A stretch of 47,363 nt of DNA from Candidatus Woesearchaeota archaeon (GCA_964435825.1 CAYTAB010000001.1:1-47363), one strand, 5' to 3'. Positions 1 through 8,485 are shown, counted from the stretch's first letter. A program made the numbers and translations. Notes: generated by a model not told the origin, from the sequence alone.

Positions 1-2133
1 GGAGCAAATACTTCCTTTACTTTTTCATCAATTGGTTATTTAGTTGTTACAGGTGATCTTATTCAATTTTCAAATCAATATCCTGGATTGAGCAATGTGA
101 TTGCTGGAAGCTTAAGTTTAAATAATGCAGGTGGAACTATAATATTATATAATTCATCTAATGATGCTGTTTTAGATTTATATACATATTCAAGTCATTT
201 AAATCATGAAGGTGATTCTCAAGGATTGAATGAAGATGTCGGTCCTTGGACTTTTTTTGAAGACCCAACACCAACAAACCCTAACCCTGACGTATTACCT
301 CCAGCTAACCCAACCATAACTGCTGCTGATGTCGGTTTGTCCACTATTACATGGTATTGGACAAATCCGACTGATGCAGATTTTGATCATGTAGAGGTTT
401 GGTTAAATGGAGCATGGGTTTCAAATACATCTAGTCCAGATTACATAGCTACAGGATTGACTCGAAGCACATCATATACTCTTACTCTTTATTCAGTTGA
501 TTCTGTTGGAAACCGACAATCAACAGGAGTTTCTGATACTCGGATTACAAAAGAAACAGGAGTAGATATAAATGATATAACTCAAACTCATGATGTTGAT
601 TCTGAGAGAAAATCCTATAGTGTAAGTTCAAATATTACAAATACTGTAGGTGAAGATTATAATGCACTAACCTATGAGATTTCTGAATTAACTTGGGAAG
701 GTGAAGATGAGACAGTTTATGATGATTTAGTTTCAATTAGTGGACCAAGTTCTTTGTCAGATGGAGATACTTCTCAATTAACTTTTAATTATAAGGTTCC
801 TTCAAAATCTGAACTTGATGATGAATATGGCTTTTATTCTGGAGTTTATAAGGTATATAATAATGGCGTTGAAGTTGGTTCTGCAGAATTTAACTTGAAG
901 ATTACTCCAAGAGACTATGATTCTGATTTATTGTTTGATGATGTTGATGTTGATGAAGATGAATTAACTCCTGGTGAAAAAACAAAAATAGAAATCGATA
1001 TTGAGAATAATTTTGGAGATGATATTGATAGTGTTTCTGTGACTGTTATTAATAATGACTTAGATATTGATGAATCTTCAGATATTGGTTCAATTGATGA
1101 AGATGAAACAGAAACAACAACAATTGAGATTGAAATTCCATATGATGCAGATTCAGGAGATTATACTTTAGTATTGCTTGCTGAGGCAGATGATCCTGAT
1201 GGAGACCTTGTTACAAATTATTATTTAGTAGATATTAGTGTAGAAAAAGATAAACATGATTTAATGATTACTGGAATTGATTTTAGTGAAGATGAAGTTG
1301 AATGTGGTTCAATTGTTTATGCAACAGTTAGTGTTTATAATGTTGGTGAACGAGATGAAGATGATTTAGTTGTTAGATTAAAAAACATTGGATTAAAATA
1401 TGAGGAACTTAAGACAGAAGATACTCTGGATAAAGGAGATGACAAAAACTTTGATTTTATGATTCAAGTTCCTTCAGATGCAAAATCTGGAATCTATATG
1501 TTTAATGCTTATGTTGATTATGACCATGCAGATGACCAAGATAAAGAAGAGCATTTAATATTTTCAAATGGTTTGACTGTTACCTGTTCTAATGAAAAAA
1601 GCAAAGAAAAGGAGACTGGCGCTAAACCTCAAGCATCAATTTTTGGAGAATTCAGTAAGGTTATAGGTGTAAGCAGTCCTGAGAAATTTTCATTTGAATT
1701 AAGCAACATTGGAATAGTGCCTACAAGTTATAGAGTTGAAGTTGATGGATATGAAGATTGGGCAAATAATGTGATTGTTGAGCCAGCAGAAGATTTTACA
1801 TTAAATCCTGGAGCATCTATTCCTATTTCAGTTTATTTTTACTTGCCTTCTTTAACTGAGGTTTCTGAAGACTTGTCAGCAAATCTAAAAGTTTATTCTG
1901 GAGAGGAATTAATCTTTTCTGAGAAAATAACACTTATGCTTAGAGAAGACACTAGAGAGGGTGTTACTTATGGAGAAGAAGCTTCATGGAGTGATTTAGT
2001 TAGCTCTACTTTGTTGTTATCTGGCACAATTGTGTTTGGAGCAATAATTGTAGCTGCAATGCTTGTTTATTCAAAACGAGATTACCTCTTTAAACAGAAA
2101 AGCAAGAAAAATAAGAAAAGGAGAGGTAGATAA
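1..2133 (+). CDS. Large acidic surface protein, 5'-truncated by the window edge. Contains a lamin-tail-domain-like segment, an FN3-like domain, CARDB-like Ig-fold modules, and a C-terminal TM anchor plus basic tail.
   Basis: Frame 1 is open from base 1 (GANTSFTFSSIGYLVV...), so the TTG at 88 in the ORF track is probably not the true start. LSLNNAGGTIILYNSSNDAVLDLYTY resembles the last strands of a lamin-tail domain. ITAADVGLSTITWYWTNPTDADFDHVEVWLNG...YTLTLYSVDSVGN is FN3-like. Repeated modules are LTPGEKTKIEIDIEN...IPYDADSGDYTLVL and ...VPSDAKSGIYMFNAYV. The C-terminal helix LLLSGTIVFGAIIVAAMLVY is followed by KQKSKKNKKRRGR. Confidence 0.7.
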   Translation, partial: GANTSFTFSSIGYLVVTGDLIQFSNQYPGLSNVIAGSLSLNNAGGTIILYNSSNDAVLDLYTYSSHLNHEGDSQGLNEDVGPWTFFEDPTPTNPNPDVLPPANPTITAADVGLSTITWYWTNPTDADFDHVEVWLNGAWVSNTSSPDYIATGLTRSTSYTLTLYSVDSVGNRQSTGVSDTRITKETGVDINDITQTHDVDSERKSYSVSSNITNTVGEDYNALTYEISELTWEGEDETVYDDLVSISGPSSLSDGDTSQLTFNYKVPSKSELDDEYGFYSGVYKVYNNGVEVGSAEFNLKITPRDYDSDLLFDDVDVDEDELTPGEKTKIEIDIENNFGDDIDSVSVTVINNDLDIDESSDIGSIDEDETETTTIEIEIPYDADSGDYTLVLLAEADDPDGDLVTNYYLVDISVEKDKHDLMITGIDFSEDEVECGSIVYATVSVYNVGERDEDDLVVRLKNIGLKYEELKTEDTLDKGDDKNFDFMIQVPSDAKSGIYMFNAYVDYDHADDQDKEEHLIFSNGLTVTCSNEKSKEKETGAKPQASIFGEFSKVIGVSSPEKFSFELSNIGIVPTSYRVEVDGYEDWANNVIVEPAEDFTLNPGASIPISVYFYLPSLTEVSEDLSANLKVYSGEELIFSEKITLMLREDTREGVTYGEEASWSDLVSSTLLLSGTIVFGAIIVAAMLVYSKRDYLFKQKSKKNKKRRGR

Positions 2134-2215
2134 TTTATGTTCGCTATGAGTAAGGTTTTTATACTTTGCTCACAGTTGAGAGTAATCCAATCTTGATTGG
2201 AGGTGTAATAAAAAA

Positions 2216-3850
2216 ATGGAATTACTAAAAAAAGGACTTCTTGGATTAGTCGGTGCTATTTTATTAATAGCAGCAATGTCCACAGGAGTTTTTGCACATA
2301 GTATTGTAACAATTGAGAACACTGAAATTACAATTAATGAAAATGACGACATTATACCTATAAGTATTACTGTATTGAATACAAATCTAACTGATTCAAT
2401 GGTTGGTAGTGCTTATATTAAAGACAGCACAGAACATGACATAAATGACTATGTTGAGACAAATTTCGTTATTCCTGCAAACACCCAAACTTCCACACTA
2501 CAAACCCTTAATTTTGCATTAAAAAATGCAGTTCAGGGTGACTATATCATCAATCTTGTAATTAATGGTGATGATATTGATGAAGTTTTTGTTGCAGGTT
2601 TATCAGGAGATAAAAAAGGAGAAGATATTCCTTTAACAATTCATATTGAAGAAGCAGTTTATGATAAAGATACAGAAATTGCTCCTGGTTTAATTGACGA
2701 AATTGATGTTGAGGAAGATACACTTGCTCCTGGTGAGACAGTTGACTTTGAAGCAACACTTGAAACAGATGAAGGAGAAAGATACGAAGATGTTAAATTA
2801 ATTGCTTGGTTAGAAGATGAATTTGGAGAAAGATTAACAAGTAAATATGAAACTTCAGAATTCAATATTGGAAAAACAAGCGATGATGACAAAGAAGTTA
2901 AATCAATGTCAATTCCAATACCTGTTGACGCAGATGAAGGTGAATATACTCTTGTTGTAAGAGTTGAAGGAATTATGGAAAGAGATAGTGTTACAGGTAA
3001 CAGAGGTTTACTTGATATGTCAAGATCAGAGACAATTGATGTTGAAAAAAGAGACCACTCCTTTAAACTTGAGTCTGTAAAGATGGCTGATACTGCTGTA
3101 GCAGGATCAACAATTAATTTTGAAGTCACTGTTTTGAACAATGGAAACAATGATGAAAACGACGTGTTTATGCAGGTGGCAATTCCTGAATTAGGAATCG
3201 CACAAACTTCAAGTGGAAAAACCCTTGAAGAAGGATCAACTATAACCAATTACTTCACTCTTTCAGTTCCAGCAAGTGCTGAAGCTGGTGAGTATAATGT
3301 ACTTGTGAGTGCATACAATAACAAATTTACAACAGTAAGCCAATTCAAGTTAAAAGTAAGTGGTGAGTCTATTGTTGATCAAGAAGAACCTGAGATTCTT
3401 GTAAATGAACCTGTAAAATCTGTTGGAGATATAGGTGTAGTTTACACTTTATCTATTACAAATACTGGTTCTACAGTAAAAACACTTTCTTTTGAAACTG
3501 CAGGATTAAGAGACTGGGGAACAGGAAGCATTAACCCTCCAGTAGCTGTAATTCCAGCAGGTGCAACAAAAATGATTTCAGTTTTTGTAACACCTAATGA
3601 AGGTGTAACTGGATCACAGCAATTTACTGTATTTGTAAAAGAAGGATCACAGGTTATAGACAGTGTTGTTTTCACTGCTGAAGTTGAGTCTGATGAAACT
3701 TCAGAAGGAGTAGTTACTGCTGCTCTTAAATGGGCAATTGGAATTTTAATCCTTGTTTTAGTTGTTGTATTCATTGTTTGGACTTGGAGACGAGAAATCA
3801 GTGGAAACACTAAACAGACAACAAGAAAAACTAGTAGAAGATACTACTAA
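2216..3850 (+). CDS. Secreted, C-terminally anchored surface protein with CARDB-like modules (paralogous to the upstream gene)
   Basis: GGAGGTG at 2199-2205 lies 10 nt before the ATG. The N-terminus LLGLVGAILLIAAMSTGVFA is signal-like. Modules are LAPGETVDFEATLE...IPVDADEGEYTLVV and VAGSTINFEVTVLNNGN...VPASAEAGEYNVLV. The C-terminal helix WAIGILILVLVVVFIVWTW is followed by RREISGNTKQTTRKTSRRYY. Confidence 0.7.
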   Translation: MELLKKGLLGLVGAILLIAAMSTGVFAHSIVTIENTEITINENDDIIPISITVLNTNLTDSMVGSAYIKDSTEHDINDYVETNFVIPANTQTSTLQTLNFALKNAVQGDYIINLVINGDDIDEVFVAGLSGDKKGEDIPLTIHIEEAVYDKDTEIAPGLIDEIDVEEDTLAPGETVDFEATLETDEGERYEDVKLIAWLEDEFGERLTSKYETSEFNIGKTSDDDKEVKSMSIPIPVDADEGEYTLVVRVEGIMERDSVTGNRGLLDMSRSETIDVEKRDHSFKLESVKMADTAVAGSTINFEVTVLNNGNNDENDVFMQVAIPELGIAQTSSGKTLEEGSTITNYFTLSVPASAEAGEYNVLVSAYNNKFTTVSQFKLKVSGESIVDQEEPEILVNEPVKSVGDIGVVYTLSITNTGSTVKTLSFETAGLRDWGTGSINPPVAVIPAGATKMISVFVTPNEGVTGSQQFTVFVKEGSQVIDSVVFTAEVESDETSEGVVTAALKWAIGILILVLVVVFIVWTWRREISGNTKQTTRKTSRRYY

Positions 3851-3859
3851 TTTTTCTTT

Positions 3860-3959
3860 GAATTTTTTCTTTTTTTAAATTTATGAAGAAAACATTCATT
3901 AAAAGAAACTAGGAATTTTTTCTTTTTTTAAATTTGTCAAGAAAACATTCATTAAAGAA
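3860..3959. repeat. Two-unit tandem direct repeat (units 3860-3907 and 3913-3959, period 53 bp) in the intergenic spacer
   Basis: Unit 1 is gaattttttctttttttaaatttatgaagaaaacattcattaaaagaa. Unit 2 is gaattttttctttttttaaatttgtcaagaaaacattcattaaagaa. They differ by 2 substitutions and a 1-nt indel by direct reading. Confidence 0.85.
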
Positions 3960-4001
3960 CTGTTTTGTATTTTTGGTTTTAATAATTGTAGTGAATAAAA
4001 G

Positions 4002-4009
4002 TATATATA
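4002..4009 (+). promoter_or_regulatory. TATA-box-like element upstream of the third surface-protein gene
   Basis: tatatata lies about 50 nt upstream of the ATG at 4059 and about 22 nt upstream of the alternative ATG at 4029. GGAG at 4047-4050 lies 8 nt before 4059. Confidence 0.4.
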
Positions 4010-4058
4010 GTAACTTTTTGAATTAAGTATGATTATGTTATTATTTGGAGATGAAAAT

Positions 4059-6395
4059 ATGAAATATATAAAAATTTTTATGCTCTTAGCAGCAATTTTA
4101 TTGTTTGCTCCTGTTGTTTTTGCATCAGCTGATTTTGAAGTTGTAGAAGCTCAGACATCAAAACAAACCTGCCCAACACATTTTGTTGTTTATGAATTTA
4201 AGGTAGTGAACTTAGGAGATGTTTCAGACAGCTATACAATTACTAAATCAGGTATGGCTGCAAATTGGGCTTTAATCTCTCCTGCAGGTTTTATCTTAGC
4301 TCCAGGAGAGAGCCAGGATATTTATGTATATGTTTCTCCAAGTAAAGATGCATTATCTGGAGAATATTCTTTAGATTTAAAAATAACTTCTGGTAAAGCA
4401 GGTTCTAAAACTATTGAAAATGTTCTTAATGTTAAAGAGTGCAATTCAGTTTCATTAAGTTCTGATGCAACAAAAATTAATACTTGTTCAGGAGAGCAGA
4501 TTGAATTTAATTTTGATGTGATTAATGAAGGAATTTGGACTGAAACTTTTGAACTTTCAATGACTGGCAGTGCTGCAAAAGCAGCTTATCTAAACACTGA
4601 AAAGGTACGACTTGATGCTTTAGAATCAGAGGAAGTATCTCTTCAGGTTGATTCTTCATTGCTTGAACCAGGAAGATATTATCTAACTGTAACTGCAGAT
4701 TCTCTTGAAAGCAGAGCTACAGAAAAACTTGATTTTAGTTTTCAATTAGAAGGCTGTTATAATTATAGAATTTCTGCACTTACCTATCAATCACTTTGTG
4801 AAAATTCAGAACTGAAGGTTCCATTAAGGATTGAAAATATTGGTTTGTCTCAAGATACTTATACCCTTGATATTATTTCAGGACCAAAATGGGCTGTTTT
4901 TGAAACTGAGCAGATAACTATTAATGGCGGAGAGTATAAGGAAATTAATCTTGTTTTAACTCCAAAATATGGTGAATCTGGCGCAGAGACAATTAAAGTG
5001 CTTGTTGAATCTGAAAAATCTCAGATTAAGCAATTGCTTGATTTTAAAGTTGATGTTCAAGATTGTTATGGTTTGCGTATAGATTTAGGTAAGGATTCAG
5101 ATAGAATTTGTGTTGGAAATAAAGTAAGCTATCCAGTTAGTATTACAAATCTTGGAAATTTTAGTGAAAATATAGCATTAAGTGTTAATACTGATTGGGC
5201 AACATTGGACCAGAATTTTATTCAATTAGAGCCAGCTGAATCTAGAATTCTTAATCTTGAGGTAGAGCCTGATTCTGAAGTTTTACCTGCTGATTATAAG
5301 ATTAAGATTAATGCAGAGCTTCAGCGTGATTTTAAGGTGAAGGAGACCAAATCTTTAGATATTTTAGTACCTTCAATTAAAGATTGTTTTGGATTAAAAA
5401 CCAAAGCAGAGATTTCAGAACTAGATGTTGCTTATGGAGAGGGCGCTTTAATTCCAATTGTTGTTGAAAATCTTGGAACAGAAAAAGCAACATATTTCCT
5501 TGATTTAAGTGGTAATGGAGTTAGTTATGCTAATTTAAATCCTGCAATTCTTTCAATTGAAGGAAATAGTGCTCAAATAGCTAATCTATATATTTCTGTG
5601 CCTTTAGATGCAGAGAAAGAGGAGTATAGTGTAATTGTTTCTGCAAGAAATTCTGAAGGAATTGTTTCAAGTTCAAGTGAAATTAAATTTTCTGTTAGTG
5701 AAGAAACAAGCCAGCAAGAAGAATCATGGTCACTTACTACAGAAGAGTTTATTAGTGGAAATAAAACCAGTATTTTTACTCATCTAAGTGTTTTTGTTCA
5801 AGATGCATTTGCTAAGTTTAAGAGTATTTTTATTAGAAATCCTGATGTTTCTGAAGGAAAGCAATCTCTTGTTTTGGAAAATGCCACAAATGAATCTGCT
5901 GGTATTCAGATAGAAGAGGAAGCTGAAAGTGTTGAGCAGATGACTGAGAATTATGAGACTCAACAACAGACTGAAGAATATGCAGGATTATTGAGCTTTT
6001 TTAAGAGATATTGGCATTTAATGTTGATTTTAGTTTTAATTGTTTTTTTAACTGGCTCAATTATTAAAGTTGCACTTACAAAAGATGATGAATTTAAAAA
6101 TCTTGTTTTTGAAGAAGAAGTTAAAACAAAGAAAAAGCATCATAAGGTCCAAAAACATCTAAAGAAAACTGAAAAAAAAGAATCATCATTTGGAAAGCAG
6201 TTTTTAGGTTTCTTTAAAAATAAGCAAAAAATGAAATCTTTGAAAGCACCAAAAACTTTACTTAATTTAAAAAAGAGCAAGAAAAAAAAGAAAAAACCAA
6301 TTAAGAAAAAAGCTTCTAGAAAACAGAAAAAAAGAATTGCTACTAAACTTAAAGGTTATTGGAAAAAATTTAAAGACTGGCTTAATGAAGAATAA
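4059..6395 (+). CDS. Surface protein with five ~95-aa Cys-led Ig-like repeats (COG1470-like), a TM anchor and a 105-aa lysine-rich cytoplasmic tail
   Basis: MKYIKIFMLLAAILLFAPVVFA is a canonical signal peptide and is preceded by GGAG. The ORF-track start at 4029 is an alternative, possibly leaderless, start. Repeat boundaries are marked by KECNSVS, EGCYNYR, QDCYGLR and KDCFGLK. Each repeat contains a N(L/I)G...Y-type strand pattern. The TM helix is YWHLMLILVLIVFLTGSIIKVAL. The tail is rich in K runs (KKSKKKKKKPIKKKASRKQKKR). Confidence 0.7.
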   Translation: MKYIKIFMLLAAILLFAPVVFASADFEVVEAQTSKQTCPTHFVVYEFKVVNLGDVSDSYTITKSGMAANWALISPAGFILAPGESQDIYVYVSPSKDALSGEYSLDLKITSGKAGSKTIENVLNVKECNSVSLSSDATKINTCSGEQIEFNFDVINEGIWTETFELSMTGSAAKAAYLNTEKVRLDALESEEVSLQVDSSLLEPGRYYLTVTADSLESRATEKLDFSFQLEGCYNYRISALTYQSLCENSELKVPLRIENIGLSQDTYTLDIISGPKWAVFETEQITINGGEYKEINLVLTPKYGESGAETIKVLVESEKSQIKQLLDFKVDVQDCYGLRIDLGKDSDRICVGNKVSYPVSITNLGNFSENIALSVNTDWATLDQNFIQLEPAESRILNLEVEPDSEVLPADYKIKINAELQRDFKVKETKSLDILVPSIKDCFGLKTKAEISELDVAYGEGALIPIVVENLGTEKATYFLDLSGNGVSYANLNPAILSIEGNSAQIANLYISVPLDAEKEEYSVIVSARNSEGIVSSSSEIKFSVSEETSQQEESWSLTTEEFISGNKTSIFTHLSVFVQDAFAKFKSIFIRNPDVSEGKQSLVLENATNESAGIQIEEEAESVEQMTENYETQQQTEEYAGLLSFFKRYWHLMLILVLIVFLTGSIIKVALTKDDEFKNLVFEEEVKTKKKHHKVQKHLKKTEKKESSFGKQFLGFFKNKQKMKSLKAPKTLLNLKKSKKKKKKPIKKKASRKQKKRIATKLKGYWKKFKDWLNEE

Positions 6396-6428
6396 ATAAG
6401 AAATAAAAAACAATTATTTTTTATCAGC

Positions 6429-6512
6429 TTATCTTTTTTTATAAAAATAATAGCCGACTCCAATGACTGCTACAACAGCAACCACGATTCCAACTGTAAC
6501 TAAGGTTGTCAT
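6429..6512 (-). CDS. Possible 27-aa single-TM micro-protein (below the ORF-track cut-off)
   Basis: Hand translation gives MTTLVTVGIVVAVVAVIGVGYYFYKKR followed by a stop. The segment is visibly GC-richer than the flanking spacer. An AT-rich tttaaataaat element lies immediately upstream of the ATG. Confidence 0.3.
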   Translation of the reverse strand: MTTLVTVGIVVAVVAVIGVGYYFYKKR

Positions 6513-6579
6513 ATTTATTTAAAAGAAATCGCGTATTATAACTTTTATTTATTATTGATGAGTTATAAAATATCAGAAA

Positions 6580-7482
6580 TTAGATACTTATTGTTGAAAA
6601 ATCTTTAGCAAAAATTGTATTTTTAAAGACAGATTCTGCTTCTTTTTCAAGCTCTTTTGTGTTTTTGTATCTTTGGCTTAAATGACAAATAGCTAATTGT
6701 TTTGAATTTGAATTTTTTGCAATTTTTGCAGCTTGCTTTATTGTTAAATGACCTCCTTTTTTCTTTGCTTCTTCTTTTAATTTGTTTGAAAATGTGCCTT
6801 CTGCAATTAATAAATCTGAGTTTTTTACAAAGTCTTCTAATTCTTTGAAATATTCTGTATCTAATATAATTGAGATTTTCTTGCCTTCAACATTGTAAGT
6901 TGCTTTTTTTGGAGTGATTATTTCTCCATTTGTTTCTATACTTTTTCCAGTGAGAAGTTTTTTTACAATTGGATTGTTTTCTAAACCAAATTTTGATAAA
7001 ATGTCTTTTTTTAATCTTTTTTTAGATTTTTCTTTAAAATAATATCCAATGCAGGGAATTGAATGTATTAAATTATATGCATAAACTTCATAATTCTCGC
7101 CATCAACAATTTTCTTTGGTTTTTTTGCTGTAAATTCATGTATTTTAATTCTAAAAGAGAGTTTTATGTTAAATGCTTCAAACATTTTTTTGAAATTTTT
7201 TGCAGTTCCAATTGGACCATATACATTAAGAGTTGTAATTCTTCTACTCATTGACATTGACTCAAGAAGACCTGGAAGTCCAAAAACATGGTCGCCATGC
7301 CAATGTGATAAAAATATCTTTGAAACTTTCATTGGGCTTTCTTTTGAAATTCTAAATTGGCGTTGTGTTCCTTCACCGCAATCAAATAAAAAAGATTCAC
7401 CATTATAATTAAGCAAGATTGCAGGATGACTTCGGTCTTTTGTTGGAAATGATGAACTTGTTCCAAGAAAGGTAACTTTCAT
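6580..7482 (-). CDS. rnz: Ribonuclease Z (tRNA 3' endonuclease, metallo-beta-lactamase fold)
   Basis: MKVTFLGTSS... The HxHxDH motif occurs in LSHWHGDHVFGLPGLL. At 300 aa it is typical of short-form RNase Z. Confidence 0.9.
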   Translation of the reverse strand: MKVTFLGTSSSFPTKDRSHPAILLNYNGESFLFDCGEGTQRQFRISKESPMKVSKIFLSHWHGDHVFGLPGLLESMSMSRRITTLNVYGPIGTAKNFKKMFEAFNIKLSFRIKIHEFTAKKPKKIVDGENYEVYAYNLIHSIPCIGYYFKEKSKKRLKKDILSKFGLENNPIVKKLLTGKSIETNGEIITPKKATYNVEGKKISIILDTEYFKELEDFVKNSDLLIAEGTFSNKLKEEAKKKGGHLTIKQAAKIAKNSNSKQLAICHLSQRYKNTKELEKEAESVFKNTIFAKDFSTISI

Positions 7483-7533
7483 TTAATAATCTTGTAAGTA
7501 AGGTTTTTAAAGGTTCTTTTTATTCTTTAAGAT

Positions 7534-8064
7534 ATGAAATCAGATAAAGTTAGGGGCGAGTTTATTAAAGGAATTGTATTTGTTGAAGATGATTTTAATA
7601 GTGCACTTAAGCTTTACAATCGAAGCTGTTTTGGAGAAGTTAAAGAAAAACATATTGAGCTTTCATTATTTGAAGCAATGTATTTGCTTGAGAAAGATAA
7701 ATTAGCAGTTTTATATAATGGAAAAATACTAAATCAGAGCAAATTTACTAAACTTGCTTCTTCTTCAATGAATGCGTTTTGGGTAAAATATCAGGTTTTT
7801 AAAGACTTAAGAACAAGAGGATATATTCTTAAAACTGCTTTGAAGTTTGGAGCAGATTTCAGAGTTTATTCAAAAGGCACAAGACCTGGAGATAAACATG
7901 CAAAATGGTTGCTTTATTGTGCTGGTGAAAATGATAAAATGACTTGGCAGCAGTTTTCTGCAATGAATCGCGTAGCTCATTCAACAAAAAAAAGTTTGTT
8001 AGTTGGAATTGTTGATTCTGAGGGTCAAGTTACTTATTATGAAATTAAGTGGAAACGTCCTTAA
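7534..8064 (+). CDS. endA: tRNA-splicing endonuclease (short, homotetramer-type)
   Basis: 176 aa. The C-terminal catalytic region RGYILKTALKFGADFRVYSKG...HAKWLL...VAHSTKKSLLVGIVD matches archaeal EndA. Confidence 0.85.
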   Translation: MKSDKVRGEFIKGIVFVEDDFNSALKLYNRSCFGEVKEKHIELSLFEAMYLLEKDKLAVLYNGKILNQSKFTKLASSSMNAFWVKYQVFKDLRTRGYILKTALKFGADFRVYSKGTRPGDKHAKWLLYCAGENDKMTWQQFSAMNRVAHSTKKSLLVGIVDSEGQVTYYEIKWKRP

Positions 8065-8115
8065 TTTTTGCAATTATTAAAAAATTAAAATAAAATTAAA
8101 ATAAATAAAAAATTA

Positions 8116-8448
8116 TTAAAATCCAAATACAAGCTTTCTAAATCTAGGGTTTTCAAGTGCGTCAATAGCATCTATTTCTTCCGGTGTAAGTGTTTTAAAG
8201 GGAGTTTTAGGAAGAGTTTTTTCTAGAGACTCTAAACCCTTTAATAACTCTTTTTTTAAGCTTGATTCTGGTTTAAGTCTTAGTGTATTGTAGATTGTTG
8301 AGTTAACTGAATCTATTGCATTTGGTTCAGTAGTTGGTAGATATCCGGTTTTTGCGCTAAACATCTTAAGTTTATCGTCTAGTTCGTTTCCATTACTCAT
8401 TTCTTTATTTTCTGAGGCTTTTTTTGCTAATTTTTCATAAACATCCAT
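8116..8448 (-). CDS. Hypothetical protein (110 aa)
   Basis: Clean ORF with AGGAGG 5 nt upstream of the ATG. No recognisable motif. Confidence 0.5.
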   Translation of the reverse strand: MDVYEKLAKKASENKEMSNGNELDDKLKMFSAKTGYLPTTEPNAIDSVNSTIYNTLRLKPESSLKKELLKGLESLEKTLPKTPFKTLTPEEIDAIDALENPRFRKLVFGF

Positions 8449-8456
8449 TTTAGCCT

Positions 8457-8485
8457 CCTATTAGTATGACTATATTACTAATAGG
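8457..8485. promoter_or_regulatory. Perfect 10-bp inverted repeat (cctattagta-N9-tactaatagg) abutting or overlapping the SD of the 110-aa gene
   Basis: Read directly from the sequence. On the mRNA strand the 3' arm ...UACUAAUAGG runs into the AGGAGG SD. A tttataaa TATA-like element lies about 20 nt further upstream. Confidence 0.6.

Noticed and set aside
2170-3810. ORF-track entries 2170-2352, 2562-2759, 2659-3249 and 3442-3810 on the minus strand
   Set aside because: All lie antisense to or inside the 544-aa surface-protein gene. Their translations are low-complexity S/L/I-rich mirrors of the acidic sense codons, and they have no SD or promoter space. They are treated as non-coding shadows.
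3860-3959. Tandem repeat considered as a CRISPR remnant
   Set aside because: There are only two units, separated by just 5 nt with no spacer-sized unique sequence. The units are T-rich rather than CRISPR-like, and there are no cas genes in the window.
6120-6395. Long A runs (for example aaaaaaaagaaaaaa) in the lysine-tail coding region considered as programmed slippage sites
   Set aside because: No alternative frame with coding potential follows them. The runs are the expected consequence of AAA/AAG lysine codons in AT-rich DNA.
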